A stretch of 64,000 nt of DNA from Azolla caroliniana. Its lineage: Eukaryota > Plantae > Polypodiophyta. Where the stretch lies: contig JBHGNT010000024.1 in the NCBI GenBank assembly GCA_043228905.1, forward strand, positions 62,001 through 126,000. The letters run 5' to 3'. The position numbers and the translations under genes are program-made. Below the pieces are notes generated by a model. It was not told where the DNA came from. It did not search any database and saw nothing but the letters and a program-made list of their open reading frames with translations. This document shows, piece after piece, positions 12,901 through 27,480 of the stretch (positions are counted from its first letter, which is position 1; every line of letters starts with the position of its first letter).

Positions 12901-15900
12901 ACTCAGGTCGAGAGACATGACGAAATTACCAAATTTGAGGAGTGAGTTGAGAAGAGGTAGTAGGTAAATTAAAATGTTCATACCTGGCTCGTGTGATATC
13001 AGATTTTTGTGTTCAAACATGCAAATCGAAGCTAACAACGCTACCTATGATATGGAATTAAAAAATCAAGATTTTGAAACTCAGCTCGAGAGACATGACG
13101 AAAATAGCAAACTTGAGGAAGGAGTTGAGAAGAGCTAGTAGATCAATTAAAATGTTCATACCTGGCTCGTGTCATATCCGATTTTTGTGTTCAAACATGG
13201 GAATCGAAGCTAACAACGCTAGCTATGATATGGAATTAAAAAATCAACATTTTGAAACTCATGTCGAGAGATGTGACGAAATTACCAAATTTGAGGAGTG
13301 ATTTGAGAGGAGCCCTTGAGTAAATTAAAATGTTCATATCGGGCTCGTGTGATATCGGATTTTTGTGTTCAAACATGCGCATCGAAGCTAACAACGCTAC
13401 CTATGATATGGAATTAAAAAATCAAGATTTTGAAACTCAGGTCGAGAGACATGACGAAAATAGCAAACTTGAGGAGGGAGTTGAGAAGAGCCCTTGAGTA
13501 AATTAAAATGTTCATACCTGGCTCGTGTGATATCGGATTTTTGTGTTCAAACATGCGAATCGAAGCTAACAATGCTAGCTATGATATGGAATTAAAAAAT
13601 CAAGATTTTGAAACCCAGGTCGAGAGACATGACGAAAATAGCAAACTTGAGGAGGGAGTTGAGAGGAGCCCTTGAGTAAATTAAAATGTTCATACCTGGC
13701 TCGTGTGATATGGATTTTTGTGTTCAAACATGCAACTCGAAGCTAACAACGCTACCTATGATATGGAATTAAAAAATCAACATTTTGAAACTCAGGTCGA
13801 GAGACATGATGAAAATAGCAAACTTGAGGAGGGAGTTGAGAAGAGGCCTTGAGTAAATTAAAATGTTCATACCTGGCTCGTGTGATATCGGATTTTTGTG
13901 TTCAAACATGTGAATCGAAGCTAACAACGCTAGCTATGATATGGAATTAAAAAATCAAGATTTTGAAACTCAGGTCGAGAGACATGATGAAAATAGCAAA
14001 CTTGAGGAGGGAGTTGAGAGGAGCCCTTGAGTAAATTAAAATGTTCATACATGGCTCGTGTGATATGGATTTTTGTGTTCAAACATGCAAATCGAAGCTA
14101 ACAACGCTACCTATGAGATGGAATTAAAAAATCAAGATTTTGAAACTCAGGTCGAGAGACATGATGAAAATAGCAAACTTGAGGAGGGAGTTGAGAAGAG
14201 CCCTTGAGTAAATTAAAATGTTCATACCTGGCTCGTGTGACATCGGATTTTTGTGTTCAAACATGCGAATCGAAGCTAACAACCCTACCTATGATATGGA
14301 ATTAAAAAATCAAGATTTTGAAACTCAGGTCAGGAGACATGACGAAAATAGCAAACTTGAGGAGGGAGTTGAGAGGAGCCCTTGAGTAAATTAAAATGTT
14401 CATACCTGGCTCGTGTGATATCGGATTTTTGTGTTCAAACATGCAAATCGAAGCTAACAACGCTAGCTATGAGATGGAATTAAAAAATCAAGATTTTGAA
14501 ACTCAGGTCGAGAGACATGACGAAATTACCAAATTTGAGGAGTGAGTTGAGAGGAGCCCTTGAGTAAATTAAAATGTTCATACCTGGCTCGTGTGATATC
14601 GGATTTTTGTGTTCAAACATGCAAATCGAAGCTAGCAACGCCAGCTATGATATGGAATTAAAAAATCAGGATTTTGAAACTCAGGTCGAGAGACATGACG
14701 AAAATAGCAAACTTGAGGAGGGAGTTGAGAAGAGCCCTTGAGTAAATTAAAATGTTCATACCTGGCTCGTGTGATATCGAATTTTTGTGTTCAAACATGC
14801 GAATCGAAGCTAACAACGCTACCTATGATATGTAATTAAAAAATCAAGATTCTAAAACTCAGGTCGAGAGACATGACGAAAATAGCAAACATGAGGAGGG
14901 AATTGAGAGGAGCCCTTGAGTTAATTAAAATGTTCATACCTGGCTCGTGTGATATCGGATTTTTGTGTTCAAACATGCAAATCGAAGCTAACAACGCTAG
15001 CTATGAGATGGAATTAAAAAATCAAGATTTTGAAACTCAGGTCGAGAGACATGACGAAATTACCAAATTTGAGGAGTGAGTTGAGAAGAGGTAGTAGGTA
15101 AATTTAAATGTTCATACCTGGCTCGTGTGATATCGGATTTTTGTGTTCAAACATGCAAATCGAAGCTAACAACGCTACCTATGATATGGAATTAAAAAAT
15201 CAAGAATTTGAAACTCAGCTCGAGAGACATGACGAAAATAGCAAACTTGAGGAAGGAGTTGAGAAGAGCTAGTAGGTCAATTAAAATGTTCATACCTGGC
15301 TCGTGTCATATCCGATTTTTGTGTTCAAACATGGGAATCGAAGCTAACAACGCTAGCTATGATATGGAATTAAAAAATCAACATTTTGAAACTCATGTCG
15401 AGAGATGTGACGAAATTACCAAATTTGAGGAGTGATTTGAGAGGAGCCCTTGAGTAAATTAAAATGTTCATATCGGGCTCGTGTGATATCGGATTTTTGT
15501 GTTCAAACATGCGAATCGAAGCTAACAACGCTACCTATGATATGGAATTAAAAAATCAAGATTTTGAAACTCAGGTCGAGAGACATGACGAAAATAGCAA
15601 ACTTGAGGAGGGAGTTGAGAGGAGCCCTTGAGTAAATTAAAATGTTCATACCTAGCTCGTGTGATATCGGATTTTTGTGTTCAAACATGCGGATCGAAGC
15701 TAACAATGCTACCTATGATATGGAATTAAAAAATCAAGATTTTGAAACTCAGGTCGAGAGACATGACGAAAATAGCAAACTTGAGGAAGGAGTTGAGAGG
15801 AGCCCTTGAGTAAATTAAAATGTTCATACCTGGCTCGTGTGATATCGGATTTTTGTTGTCAAACATGCGAATCAAAGCTAACAACGCTAGCTATGATATG

Positions 15901-18900
15901 GAATTAAAAAATCAAGAATTTGAAACTCAGGTCGAGAGACATGACGAAATTACCAAATTTGAGGAGTGATTTGAGAGGAGCCCTTGAGTAAATTAAAATG
16001 TTCATATCGGGCTCGTGTGATATCGGATTTTTGTGTTCAAACATGCAAATCGAAGCTAACAACGCTACCTATGATATGGAATTAAAAAATCAAGATTTTG
16101 AAACTCAGGTCGAGAGACATTATGAAAATAGCAAACTTGAGGAGGGAGTTGAGAAGAGCCCTTGAGTAAATTAAAATGTTCATACCTGGCTCGTGTGATA
16201 TCGGATTTTTGTGTTCAAACATGCGAATCGAAGCTAACAACGCTAGCTATGATATGGAATTAAAAAATCAAGATTTTGAAACTCAGGTCAGGAGACATGA
16301 CGAAAATAGCAAACTTGAGGAGGGAGTTGAGAGGAGCCCTTGAGTAAATTAAAATGTTCATACCTGGCTCGTGTGATATGGATTTTTGTGTTCAAACATG
16401 CAACTCGAAGCTAACAACGCTAGCTATGATATGGAATTAAAAAATCAACATTTTGAAACTCAGGTCGAGAGACATGATGAAAATAGCAAACTTGAGGAGG
16501 GAGTTGAGAAGAGGCCTTGAGTAAATTAAAATGTTCATACCTGGCTCGTGTGATATCGGATTTTTGTGTTCAAACATGTGAATCGAAGCTAACAACGCTA
16601 GCTATGATATGGAATTAAAAAATCAAGATTTTGAAACTCAGGTCGAGAGACATGATGAAAATAGCAAACTTGAGGAGGGAGTTGAGAGGAGCCCTTGAGT
16701 AAATTAAAATGTTCATACATGGCTCGTGTGATATCCGATTTTTGTGTTCAAACATGGGAATCGAAGCTAACAACGCTAGCTATGATATGGAATTAAAAAC
16801 TCAACATTTTGAAACTCATGTCGAGAGATGTGACGAAATTACCAAATTTGAGGAGTGATTTGAGAGGAGCCCTTGAGTAAATTAAAATGTTCATATCGGG
16901 CTCGTGTGATATCGGATTTTTGTGTTCAAACATGCCAATCGAAGCTAACAACGCTACCTATGATATGGAATTAAAAAATCAAGATTTTGAAACTCAGGTC
17001 GAGAGACATGACGAAAATAGCAAACTTGAGGAGGGAGTTGAGAGGAGCCCTTGAGTAAATTAAAATGTTCATACCTAGCTCGTGTGATATCGGATTTTTG
17101 TGTTCAAACATGCGGATCGAAGCTAACAATGCTACCTATGATATGGAATTAAAAAATCAAGATTTTGAAACTCAGGTCGAGAGACATGACGAAAATAGCA
17201 AACTTGAGGAAGGAGTTGAGAGGAGCCCTTGAGTAAATTAAAATGTTCATACCTGGCTCGTGTGATATCGGATTTTTGTTGTCAAACATGCGAATCGAAG
17301 CTAACAACGCTAGCTATGATATGGAATTAAAAAATCAAGAAATTGAAACTCAGGTCGAGAGACATGACGAAATTACCAAATTTGAGGAGTGATTTGAGAG
17401 GAGCCCTTGAGTAAATTAAAATGTTCATATCGGGCTCGTGTGATATCGGATTTTTGTGTTCAAACATGCAAATCGAAGCTAACAACGCTACCTATGATAT
17501 GGAATTAAAAAATCAAGATTTTGAAACTCAGGTCGAGAGACATGACGAAAATAGCAAACTTGAGGAGGGAGTTGAGAAGAGCCCTTGAGTAAATTAAAAT
17601 GTTCATACCTGGCTCGTGTGATATCGGATTTTTGTGTTCAAACATGCGAATCGAAGCTAACAACGCTAGCTATGATATGGAATTAAAAAATCAAGATTTT
17701 GAAACTCAGGTCAGGAGACATGACGAAAATAGCAAACTTGAGGAGGGAGTTGAGAGGAGCCCTTGAGTAAATTAAAATGTTCATACCTGGCTCGTGTGAT
17801 ATCGGATTTTTGTGTTCAAACATGCAAATCGAAGCTAACGACGCTAGCTATGAGATGTAATTAAAAAATCAAGATTTTGAAACTCAGGTCGAGAGACATG
17901 ACGAAATTACCAAATTTGAGGAGTGAGTTGAGAAGAGGTAGTAGGTAAATTAAAATGTTCATACCTGGCTCGTGTGATATCGGATTTTTGTGTTCAAACA
18001 TGCAAATCGAAGCTAACAACGCTACCTATGATATGGAATTAAAAAATCAAGATTTTAAAACTCAGCTCGAGAGACATGACGAAAATAGCAAACTTGAGGA
18101 AGGAGTTGAGAAGAGCTAGTAGGTCAATTAAAATGTTCATACCTGGCTCGTGTGATATCCGATTTTTGTGTTCAAACATGGGAATCGAAGCTAACAACGC
18201 TAGCTATGAGATGGAATTAAAAAATCAACATTTTGAAACTCATGTCGAGAGATGTGACGAAATTACCAAATTTGAGGAGTGATTTGAGAGGAGCCCTTGA
18301 GTAAATTAAAATGTTCATATCGGGCTCGTGTGATATCGGATTTTTGTGTTCAAACATGCGCATCGAAGCTAACAACGCTGCCTATGATATGGAATTAAAA
18401 AATCAAGATTTTGAAACTCAGGTCGAGAGACATGACGAAAATAGCAAACTTGAGGAGGGAGTTGAGAGGAGCCCTTGAGTAAATTAAAATGTTCATACCT
18501 AGCTCGTGTGATATCGGATTTTTGTGTTCAAACATGCAAATCGAAGCTAACAACGCTACCTATGATATGGAATTAAAAAATCAAGATTTTGAAACTCAGG
18601 TCGAGAGACATGACGAAAATAGCAAACTTGAGGAAGGAGTTGAGAGGAGCCCTTGAGTAAATTAAAATGTTCATACCTGGCTCGTGTGATATCGCATTTT
18701 TGTTGTCAAACATGCGAATCGAAGCTAACAACGCTAGCTATGATATGGAATTAAAAAATCGAGAATTTGAAACTCAGGTCGAGAGACATGACGAAATTAC
18801 CAAATTTGAGGAGTGATTTGAGAGGAGCCCTTGATTAAATTAAAATGTTCATATCGGGCTCGTGTGATATCGGATTTTTGTGTTCAAACATGCAAATCGA

Positions 18901-20469
18901 AGCTAACAACGCTACCTATGATATGGATTTAAAAAATCAAGATTTTGAAACTCAGGTCGAGAGACATGATGAAAATAGCAAACTTGAGGAGGGAGTTGAG
19001 AAGAGCCCTTCAGTAAATTAAAATGTTCATACCTGGCTCGTTTGATATCGGATTTTTGTTGTCAAACATGCGAATCGAAGCTAACAACGCTAGCTATGAT
19101 ATGGAATTAAAAAATCAAGATTTTGAAACTCAGGTCGAGAGACATGACGAAAATAGCAAACTTGAGGAGGGAGTTGAGAGGAGCCCTTGAGTAAATTAAA
19201 ATGTTCATACCTGGCTCGTGTGATATGGATTTTTGTGTTCAAACATGCAAATCGAAGCTAACAACGCTAGCTATGAGATGGAATTAAAAAATCAAGATTT
19301 TGAAACTCAGGTCGAGAGACATGATGAACATAGCAAACTTGAGGAGGGAGTTGAGAAGAGCCCTTGAGTAAATTAAAATGTTCATACCTGGCTCGTGTGA
19401 TATCGGATTTTTGTGTTCAAACATGCGAATCGAAGCTAACAACGCTACCTATGATATGGAATTAAAAAATCAAGAATTTGAAACTCAGGTCGAGAGATGT
19501 GACGAAATTACCAAATTTGAGAAATGATTTGAGAGGAGCCCTTGAGTAAATTAAAATGTTCATATCGGGCTCGTGTGATATCGGATTTTTGTGTTCAAAC
19601 TTGCAAATCGAAGCTAACAATGCTACCTATGATATGGAATTAAAAAATCAAGAATTTGAAACTCAGGTCGAGAGATGTGACGAAATTACCAAATTTGAGG
19701 AGTGAGTTGAGAAGAGCTAGTAGGTAAATTAAAATGTTCATATCGGGCTCGTGTGATATCGGATTATTGTGTTCAAACATGCAAATCGAAGCTAACAACG
19801 CTACCTATGATATGGAATTAAAAAATCAAGAATTTGAAACTCAGGTCGAGAGACATGACGAAAATAGCAAACTTGAGGAGGGAGTTGAGAGGAGCCCTTG
19901 AGTAAAGTAAAATGTTCATACCTGGCTCGTGTGATATCGGATTTTTGTGTTCAAACATGCAAATCGAAGCTGGCGACGCTACCTATGATATGGAATTAAA
20001 AAATCAAGATTTTGAAACTCAGGTCGAGAGACATGACGAAAATAGCAAACTTGAGGAGGGAGTTGAGAGGAGCCCTTGAGTTAATTAAAATGTTCATACC
20101 TGGCTCGTGTGGTATCGGATTTTTGTGTTCAAACATGCGAATCGAAGCTAACAATGCTAGCTATGATATGGAATTAAAAAATCAAGATTCTAAAACTCAA
20201 GTCCAGAGACATGACGAAAATAGCAAACTTGAGGAGGGAGTTGAGAGGAGCCCTTGAGTAAATTAAAATGTTCATACCTGGCTCGTGTGATATGGATTTT
20301 TGTGTTCAAACATGCAAATCGAAGCTAACAACGCTAGCTATGATATGGAATTAAAAAATCAAGAATTTGAAACTCAGGTCGAGAGACATGACGAAATTAC
20401 CAAATTTGAGGAGTGATTTGAGAGGAGCCCTTGAGTAAATTAAAATGTTCATATCGGGCTCGTGTGATA

Positions 20470-21640
20470 TCGGATTTTTGTGTTCAAACATGCAAATCGA
20501 AGCTAACAACGCTAGCTATGAGATGGAATTAAAAAATCAAGATTTTGAAACTCAGGTCGAGAGACATGACAAAATTACCAAATTTGAGGAGTGAGTTGAG
20601 AAGAGGTAGTAGGTAAATTAAAATGTTCATACCTGGCTCGTGTGATATCGGATTTTTGTGTTCAAACATGCAAATCGAAGCTAACAACGCTACCTATGAT
20701 ATGGAATTAAAAAATCAAGAATTTGAAACTCAGGTCGAGAGACATGATGAAAATAGCAAACTTGAGGAGGGAGTGGAGAAGAGCCCTTGAGTAAATTAAA
20801 ATGTTCATACCTGGCTCGTGTGATATCGGATTTTTGTGTTCAAACATGCGAATCGAAGCTAACAACGCTACCTATGATATGGAATTAAAAAATCAAGATT
20901 TTGAAACTCAGGTCAGGAGACATGAAGAAAATAGCAAACTTGAGGAGGGAGTTGAGAGGAGCCCTTGAGTAAATTAAAATGTTCATACCTGGCTCGTGTG
21001 ATATCGGATTTTTGTGTTCAAACATGCAAATCGAAGCTAACAACGCTAGCTATGAGATGGAATTAAAAAATCAAGATTTTGAAACTCAGGTCGAGAGACA
21101 TGACAAAATTACCAAATTTGAGGAGTGAGTTGAGAAGAGGTAGTAGGTAAATTAAAATGTTCATACCTGGCTCGTGTGATATCGGATTTTTGTGTTCAAA
21201 CATGCAAATCGAAGCTAACAACGCTACCTATGATATGGAATTAAAAAATCAAGAATTTGAAACTCAGGTCGAGAGACATGATGAAAATAGCAAACTTGAG
21301 GAGGGAGTGGAGAAGAGCCCTTGAGTAAATTAAAATGTTCATACCTGGCTCGTGTGATATCGGATTTTTGTGTTCAAACATGCGAATCGAAGCTAACAAC
21401 GCTACCTATGATATGGAATTAAAAAATCAAGATTTTGAAACTCAGGTCAGGAGACATGAAGAAAATAGCAAACTTGAGGAGGGAGTTGAGAGGAGCCCTT
21501 GAGTAAATTAAAATGTTCATACCTGGCTCGTGTGATATCGGATTTTTGTGTTCAAACATGCAAATCGAAGCTAACAACGCTAGCTATGAGATGGAATTAA
21601 AAAATCAAGATTTTGAAACTCAGGTCGAGAGACATGACAA
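20470..21640 (+). repeat. Local 3-mer duplication (534 bp)
   Basis: GAGTGGAG at 20771/21305, with linked TCAGGAGACATGAAG and GACAAAA variants repeating at 534 bp. Confidence 0.85.
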
Positions 21641-22669
21641 AAATACCAAATTTGAGGAGTGAGTTGAGAAGAGGTAGTAGGTAAATTAAAATGTTCATAC
21701 CTGGCTCGTGTGATATCGGATTTTTGTGTTCAAACATGCAAATCGAAGCTAACAACGCTACCTATGATATGGAATTAAAAAATCAAGATTTTGAAACTCA
21801 GCTCGAGAGACATGACGAAAATAGCAAACTTGAGGAAGGAGTTGAGAAGAGCTAGTAGGTCAATTAAAATGTTCATACCTGGCTCGTGTCATATCCGATT
21901 TTTGTGTTCAAACATGGGAATCGAAGCTAACAACGCTAGCTATGATATGGAATTAAAAAATCAACATTTTGAAACTCATGTCGAGAGATGTGACGAAATT
22001 ACCAAATTTGAGGAGTGATTTGAGAGGAGCCCTTGAGTAAATTAAAATGTTCATATCGGGCTCGTGTGATATCGGATTTTTGTGTTCAAACATGCGAATC
22101 GAAGCTAACAACGCTACCTATGATATGGAATTAAAAAATCAAGATTTTGAAACTCAGGTCGAGAGACATGACGAAAATAGCAAACTTGAGGAGGGAGTTG
22201 AGAAGAGCCCTTGAGTAAATTAAAATGTTCATACCTGGCTCGTGTGATATCGGATTTTTGTGTTCAAACATGCGAATCGAAGCTAACAACGCTACCTATG
22301 ATATGGAATTAAAAAATCAGGATTTTGAAACTCAGGTCGAGAGACATGACGAAAATAGCAAACTTGAGGAGGGAGTTGAGAGGAGCCCTTGAGTAAATTA
22401 AAATGTTCATACCTGGCTCGTGTGATATGGATTTTTGTGTTCAAACATGCAAATCGAAGCTAACAACGCTAGCTATGATATGGAATTAAAAAATCAAGAT
22501 TTTGAAACTCAGGTCGAGAGACATGACGAAAATAGCAAACTTGAGGAGGGAGTTGAGAGGAGCCCTTGAGTTAATTAAAATGTTCATACCTGGCTCGTGT
22601 GGTATCGGATTTTTGTGTTCAAACATGCGAATCGAAGCTAACAATGCTAGCTATGATATGGAATTAAAA

Positions 22670-23395
22670 AATCAAGATTCTAAAACTCAAGTCCAGAGAC
22701 ATGACGAAAATAGCAAACTTGAGGAGGGAGTTGAGAGGAGCCCTTGAGTAAATTAAAATGTTCATACCTGGCTCGTGTGATATGGATTTTTGTGTTCAAA
22801 CATGCAAATCGAAGCTAACAACGCTAGCTATGATATGGAATTAAAAAATCAAGAATTTGAAACTCAGGTCGAGAGACATGACGAAATTACCAAATTTGAG
22901 GAGTGATTTGAGAGGAGCCCTTGAGTAAATTAAAATGTTCATATCGGGCTCGTGTGATATCGGATTTTTGTGTTCAAACATGCAAATCGAAGCTAACAAC
23001 GCTAGCTATGAGATGGAATTAAAAAATCAAGATTCTAAAACTCAAGTCCAGAGACATGACGAAAATAGCAAACTTGAGGAGGGAGTTGAGAGGAGCCCTT
23101 GAGTAAATTAAAATGTTCATACCTGGCTCGTGTGATATGGATTTTTGTGTTCAAACATGCAAATCGAAGCTAACAACGCTAGCTATGATATGGAATTAAA
23201 AAATCAAGAATTTGAAACTCAGGTCGAGAGACATGACGAAATTACCAAATTTGAGGAGTGATTTGAGAGGAGCCCTTGAGTAAATTAAAATGTTCATATC
23301 GGGCTCGTGTGATATCGGATTTTTGTGTTCAAACATGCAAATCGAAGCTAACAACGCTAGCTATGAGATGGAATTAAAAAATCAAGATTTTGAAA
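22670..23395 (+). repeat. Local 2-mer duplication (355 bp)
   Basis: GATTCTAAAACTCAAGTCC at 22676/23031; each is followed by the same 177-bp monomer and the same ATATCGGG monomer. Confidence 0.8.
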
Positions 23396-26169
23396 CTCAG
23401 GTCAGGAGACATGAAGAAAATAGCAAACTTGAGGAGGGAGTTGAGAGGAGCCCTTGAGTAAATTAAAATGTTCATACCTGGCTCGTGTGATATCGGATTT
23501 TTGTGTTCAAACATGCAAATCGAAGCTAACAACGCTAGCTATGAGATGGAATTAAAAAATCAAGATTTTGAAACTCAGGTCGAGAGACATGACAAAAATA
23601 CCAAATTTGAGGAGTGAGTTGAGAAGAGGTAGTAGGTAAATTAAAATGTTCATACCTGGCTCGTGTGATATCGGATTTTTGTGTTCAAACATGCAAATCG
23701 AAGCTAACAACGCTACCTATGATATGGAATTAAAAAATCAAGATTTTGAAACTCAGCTCGAGAGACATGACGAAAATAGCAAACTTGAGGAAGGAGTTGA
23801 GAAGAGCTAGTAGGTCAATTAAAATGTTCATACCTGGCTCGTGTCATATCCGATTTTTGTGTTCAAACATGGGAATCGAAGCTAACAACGCTAGCTATGA
23901 TATGGAATTAAAAAATCAACATTTTGAAACTCATGTCGAGAGATGTGACGAAATTACCAAATTTGAGGAGTGATTTGAGAGGAGCCCTTGAGTAAATTAA
24001 AATGTTCATATCGGGCTCGTGTGATATCGGATTTTTGTGTTCAAACATGCGAATCGAAGCTAACAACGCTACCTATGATATGGAATTAAAAAATCAAGAT
24101 TTTGAAACTCAGGTCGAGAGACATGACGAAAATAGCAAACTTGAGGAGGGAGTTGAGAAGAGCCCTTGAGTAAATTAAAATGTTCATACCTGGCTCGTGT
24201 GATATCGGATTTTTGTGTTCAAACATGCAAATCGAAGCTAACAACGCTACCTATGATATGGAATTAAAAAATCAAGATTTTGAAACTCAGCTCGAGAGAC
24301 ATGACGAAAATAGCAAACTTGAGGAAGGAGTTGAGAAGAGCTAGTAGGTCAATTAAAATTTTCATACCTGGCTCGTGTCATATCCGATTTTTGTGTTCAA
24401 ACATGGGAATCGAAGCTAACAACGCTAGCTATGATATGGAATTAAAAAATCAACATTTTGAAACTCATGTCGAGAGATGTGACGAAATTACCAAATTTGA
24501 GGAGTGATTTGAGAGGAGCCCTTGAGGAAATTAAAATGTTCATATCGGGCTCGTGTGATATCGGATTTTTGTGTTCAAACATGCGAATCGAAGCTAACAA
24601 CGCTAGCTATGATATGGAATTAAAAAATCAAGATTTTGAAACTCAGGTCGAGAGACATGACGAAAATAGCAAACTTGAGGAGGGAGTTGAGAAGAGCCCT
24701 TGAGTAAATTAAAATGTTCATACCTGGCTCGTGTGATATCGGATTTTTGTGTTCAAACATGCGAATCGAAGCTAACAACGCTACCTATGATATGGAATTA
24801 AAAAATCAGGATTTTGAAACTCAGGTCGAGAGACATGACGAAAATAGCAAACTTGAGGAGGGAGTTGAGAGGAGCCCTTGAGTAAATTAAAATGTTCATA
24901 CCTGGCTCGTGTGATATGGATTTTTGTGTTCAAACATGCAAATCGAAGCTAACAACGCTAGCTATGAGATGGAATTAAAAAATCAAGATTTTGAAACTCA
25001 GGTCGAGAGACATGATGAAAATAGCAAACTTGAGGAGGGAGTTGAGAAGAGCCCTTGAGTAAATTAAAATGTTCATACCTGGCTCGTGTGATATCGGATT
25101 TTTGTGTTCAAACATGCGAATCGAAGCTAACAACGCTACCTATGATATGGAATTAAAAAATCAAGAATTTGAAACTCAGGTCGAGAGACATGACGAAAAT
25201 AGCAAACCTTAGGAGGGAGTTGAGAGGAGCCCTTGAGTAAATTTAAATGTTCATACCTGGCTCGTGTGGTATCGGATTTTTGTGTTCAAACATGCGAATC
25301 GAAGCTAACAATGCTACCTATGATATGGAATTAAAAAATCAAGATTTTGAAACTCAAGTCAAGAGACATGACGAAATTACCTAAATTGAGGAGTGAGTTG
25401 AGAAGAGCTAGTAGGTAAATTTAAATGTTCATACCTGGCTCGTGTGATATCCGATTTTTGTGTTCAAACATGGGAATCGAAGCTAACAACGCTAGCTATG
25501 ATATGGAATTAAAAAATCAACATTTTGAAACTCATGTCGAGAGATGTGACGAAATTACCAAATTTGAGGAGTGATTTGAGAGGAGCCCTTGAGTAAATTA
25601 AAATGTTCATATCGGGCTCGTGTGATATCGGATTTTTGTGTTCAAACATGCGCATCGAAGCTAACAACGCTACCTATGATATGGAATTAAAAAATCAAGA
25701 TTTTGAAACTCAGGTCGAGAGACATGACGAAAATAGCAAACTTGAGGAGGGAGTTGAGAGGAGCCCTTGAGTAAATTAAAATGTTCATACCTAGCTCGTG
25801 TGATATCGGATTTTTGTGTTCAAACATGCGAATCGAAGCTAACAACGCTACCTATGATATGGAATTAAAAAATCAAGATTTTGAAACTCAGGTCGAGAGA
25901 CATGACGAAAATAGCAAACTTGAGGAAGGAGTTGAGAGGAGCCCTTGAGTAAATTAAAATGTTCATACCTGGCTCGTGTGATATCGGATTTTTGTTGTCA
26001 AACATGCGAATCGAAGCTAACAACGCTAGCTATGATATGGAATTAAAAAATCAAGAATTTGAAACTCAGGTCGAGAGACATGACGAAATTACCAAATTTG
26101 AGGAGTGATTTGAGAGGAGCCCTTGAGTAAATTAAAATGTTCATATCGGGCTCGTGTGATATCGGATTT

Positions 26170-27480
26170 TTGTGTTCAAACATGCAAATCGAAGCTAACA
26201 ACGCTAGCTATGAGATGGAATTAAAAAATCAAGATTTTGAAACTCAGGTCGAGAGACATGACAAAATTACCAAATTTGAGGAGTGAGTTGAGAAGAGGTA
26301 GTAGGTAAATTAAAATGTTCATACCTGGCTCGTGTGATATCGGATTTTTGTGTTCAAACATGCAAATCGAAGCTAACAACGCTACCTATGATATGGAATT
26401 AAAAAATCAAGAATTTGAAACTCAGGTCGAGAGACATGATGAAAATAGCAAACTTGAGGAGGGAGTGGAGAAGAGCCCTTGAGTAAATTAAAATGTTCAT
26501 ACCTGGCTCGTGTGATATCGGATTTTTGTGTTCAAACATGCGAATCGAAGCTAACAACGCTACCTATGATATGGAATTAAAAAAACAAGATTTTGAAACT
26601 CAGGTCAGGAGACATGAAGAAAATAGCAAACTTGAGGAGGGAGTTGAGAGGAGCCCTTGAGTAAATTAAAATGTTCATACCTGGCTCGTGTGATATCGGA
26701 TTTTTGTGTTCAAACATGCAAATCGAAGCTAACAACGCTAGCTATGAGATGGAATTAAAAAATCAAGATTTTGAAACTCAGGTCGAGAGACATGACAAAA
26801 ATACCAAATTTGAGGAGTGAGTTGAGAAGAGGTAGTAGGTAAATTAAAATGTTCATACCTGGCTCGTGTGATATCGGATTTTTGTGTTCAAACATGCAAA
26901 TCGAAGCTAACAACGCTACCTATGATATGGAATTAAAAAATCAAGAATTTGAAACTCAGGTCGAGAGACATGATGAAAATAGCAAACTTGAGGAGGGAGT
27001 GGAGAAGAGCCCTTGAGTAAATTAAAATGTTCATACCTGGCTCGTGTGATATCGGATTTTTGTGTTCAAACATGCGAATCGAAGCTAACAACGCTACCTA
27101 TGATATGGAATTAAAAAAACAAGATTTTGAAACTCAGGTCAGGAGACATGAAGAAAATAGCAAACTTGAGGAGGGAGTTGAGAAGAGCCCTTGAGTAAAT
27201 TAAAATGTTCATACCTGGCTCGTGTGATATCGGATTTTTGTGTTCAAACATGCAAATCGAAGCTAACAACGCTAGCTATGAGATGGAATTAAAAAATCAA
27301 GATTTTGAAACTCAGGTCGAGAGACATGACAAAAATACCAAATTTGAGGAGTGAGTTGAGAAGAGGTAGTAGGTAAATTAAAATGTTCATACCTGGCTCG
27401 TGTGATATCGGATTTTTGTGTTCAAACATGCAAATCGAAGCTAACAACGCTACCTATGATATGGAATTAAAAAATCAAGA
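26170..27480 (+). repeat. Local 3-mer duplication (534 bp), same trimer family as at 20.5-21.6 kb
   Basis: GAGTGGAG at 26463/26997, and the variant AAAAAACAAG is present in both copies. Confidence 0.85.
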